Source: a virus
IMG/VR virus record: IMGVR_UViG_3300033143_002031
Span: 120,745 to 184,744 of that record
Length of the DNA stretch: 64,000 nucleotides
Direction: 5' to 3' (one strand)
The position numbers were made by a program, and so were the translations under genes. This document shows positions 63,933 through 64,000 of the stretch, in pieces. The notes under the pieces are model-generated. The model had not been told where the DNA came from. It worked only from the letters and a program-made list of their open reading frames with translations, and did no database searches. The number at the start of each line of letters is the position of its first letter. Positions within the stretch are counted from its first letter, which is position 1.

Positions 63933-64000
63933 ATGTCGATGACAATCTACGCAGTGCTGATGCTTCCGAACGGCGACCTTCTCAAGCGGGAGTCGTCCCT
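63933..64000 (+). CDS. 5' end of a gene cut by the window edge
   Basis: SD GGAGGAG, then MSMTIYAVLMLPNGDLLKRESS. Confidence 0.55.
   Translation, partial: MSMTIYAVLMLPNGDLLKRESS

Noticed and set aside
1-64000. Reassigned TAG codon, suggested by the in-frame TAG at 63597
   Set aside because: Many genes end in TAG at natural C-termini, tightly followed by the next gene (e.g. MCP, sheath, tube, recA); the single internal TAG is explained by a 12-bp duplication.

Overview
High-GC window from a large tailed dsDNA phage with a contractile tail; nearly all genes are on the + strand. Left part (1-25 kb) is a replication/recombination module: gp32-like SSB, HNH nuclease, intein-containing SF2 helicase, tandem MerR protein, RecA/UvsX, Hjc-like and RuvC-like resolvases, Cas4-like exonuclease, SSB, ParB-like protein, family A DNA polymerase, ThyX and ribosomal protein bS21. 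It also holds an effector cassette at 12.4-18.9 kb: a 1687-aa repeat + HipA/PI3K-like kinase + ART-like protein, a RelA/SpoT-type small alarmone synthetase and a small downstream ORF. Right part (25-64 kb) is packaging and T4-like morphogenesis: TerS, TerL, portal, acidic scaffold, protease-scaffold, gp23-like capsid, neck, sheath, two tubes, chaperone, tape measure, baseplate and fibres. Best observations: (1) the TerL intein carries a NUMOD3/TnsA-like endonuclease gene in the +1 frame with its own RBS, a dual-coded stretch of about 846 nt; (2) the acidic scaffold gene ends in a G_GGA_AAC slippery site plus hairpin that would add an 85-aa basic tail by -1 frameshifting; (3) the kinase/ART/alarmone cassette may be virion-packaged; (4) an antisense HNH gene sits between two copies of the tape-measure start; (5) a 12-bp tandem duplication creates an amber stop in a fibre gene. 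No tRNA, rRNA or CRISPR array was found. All family assignments come from motif recognition by eye; no searches were run.
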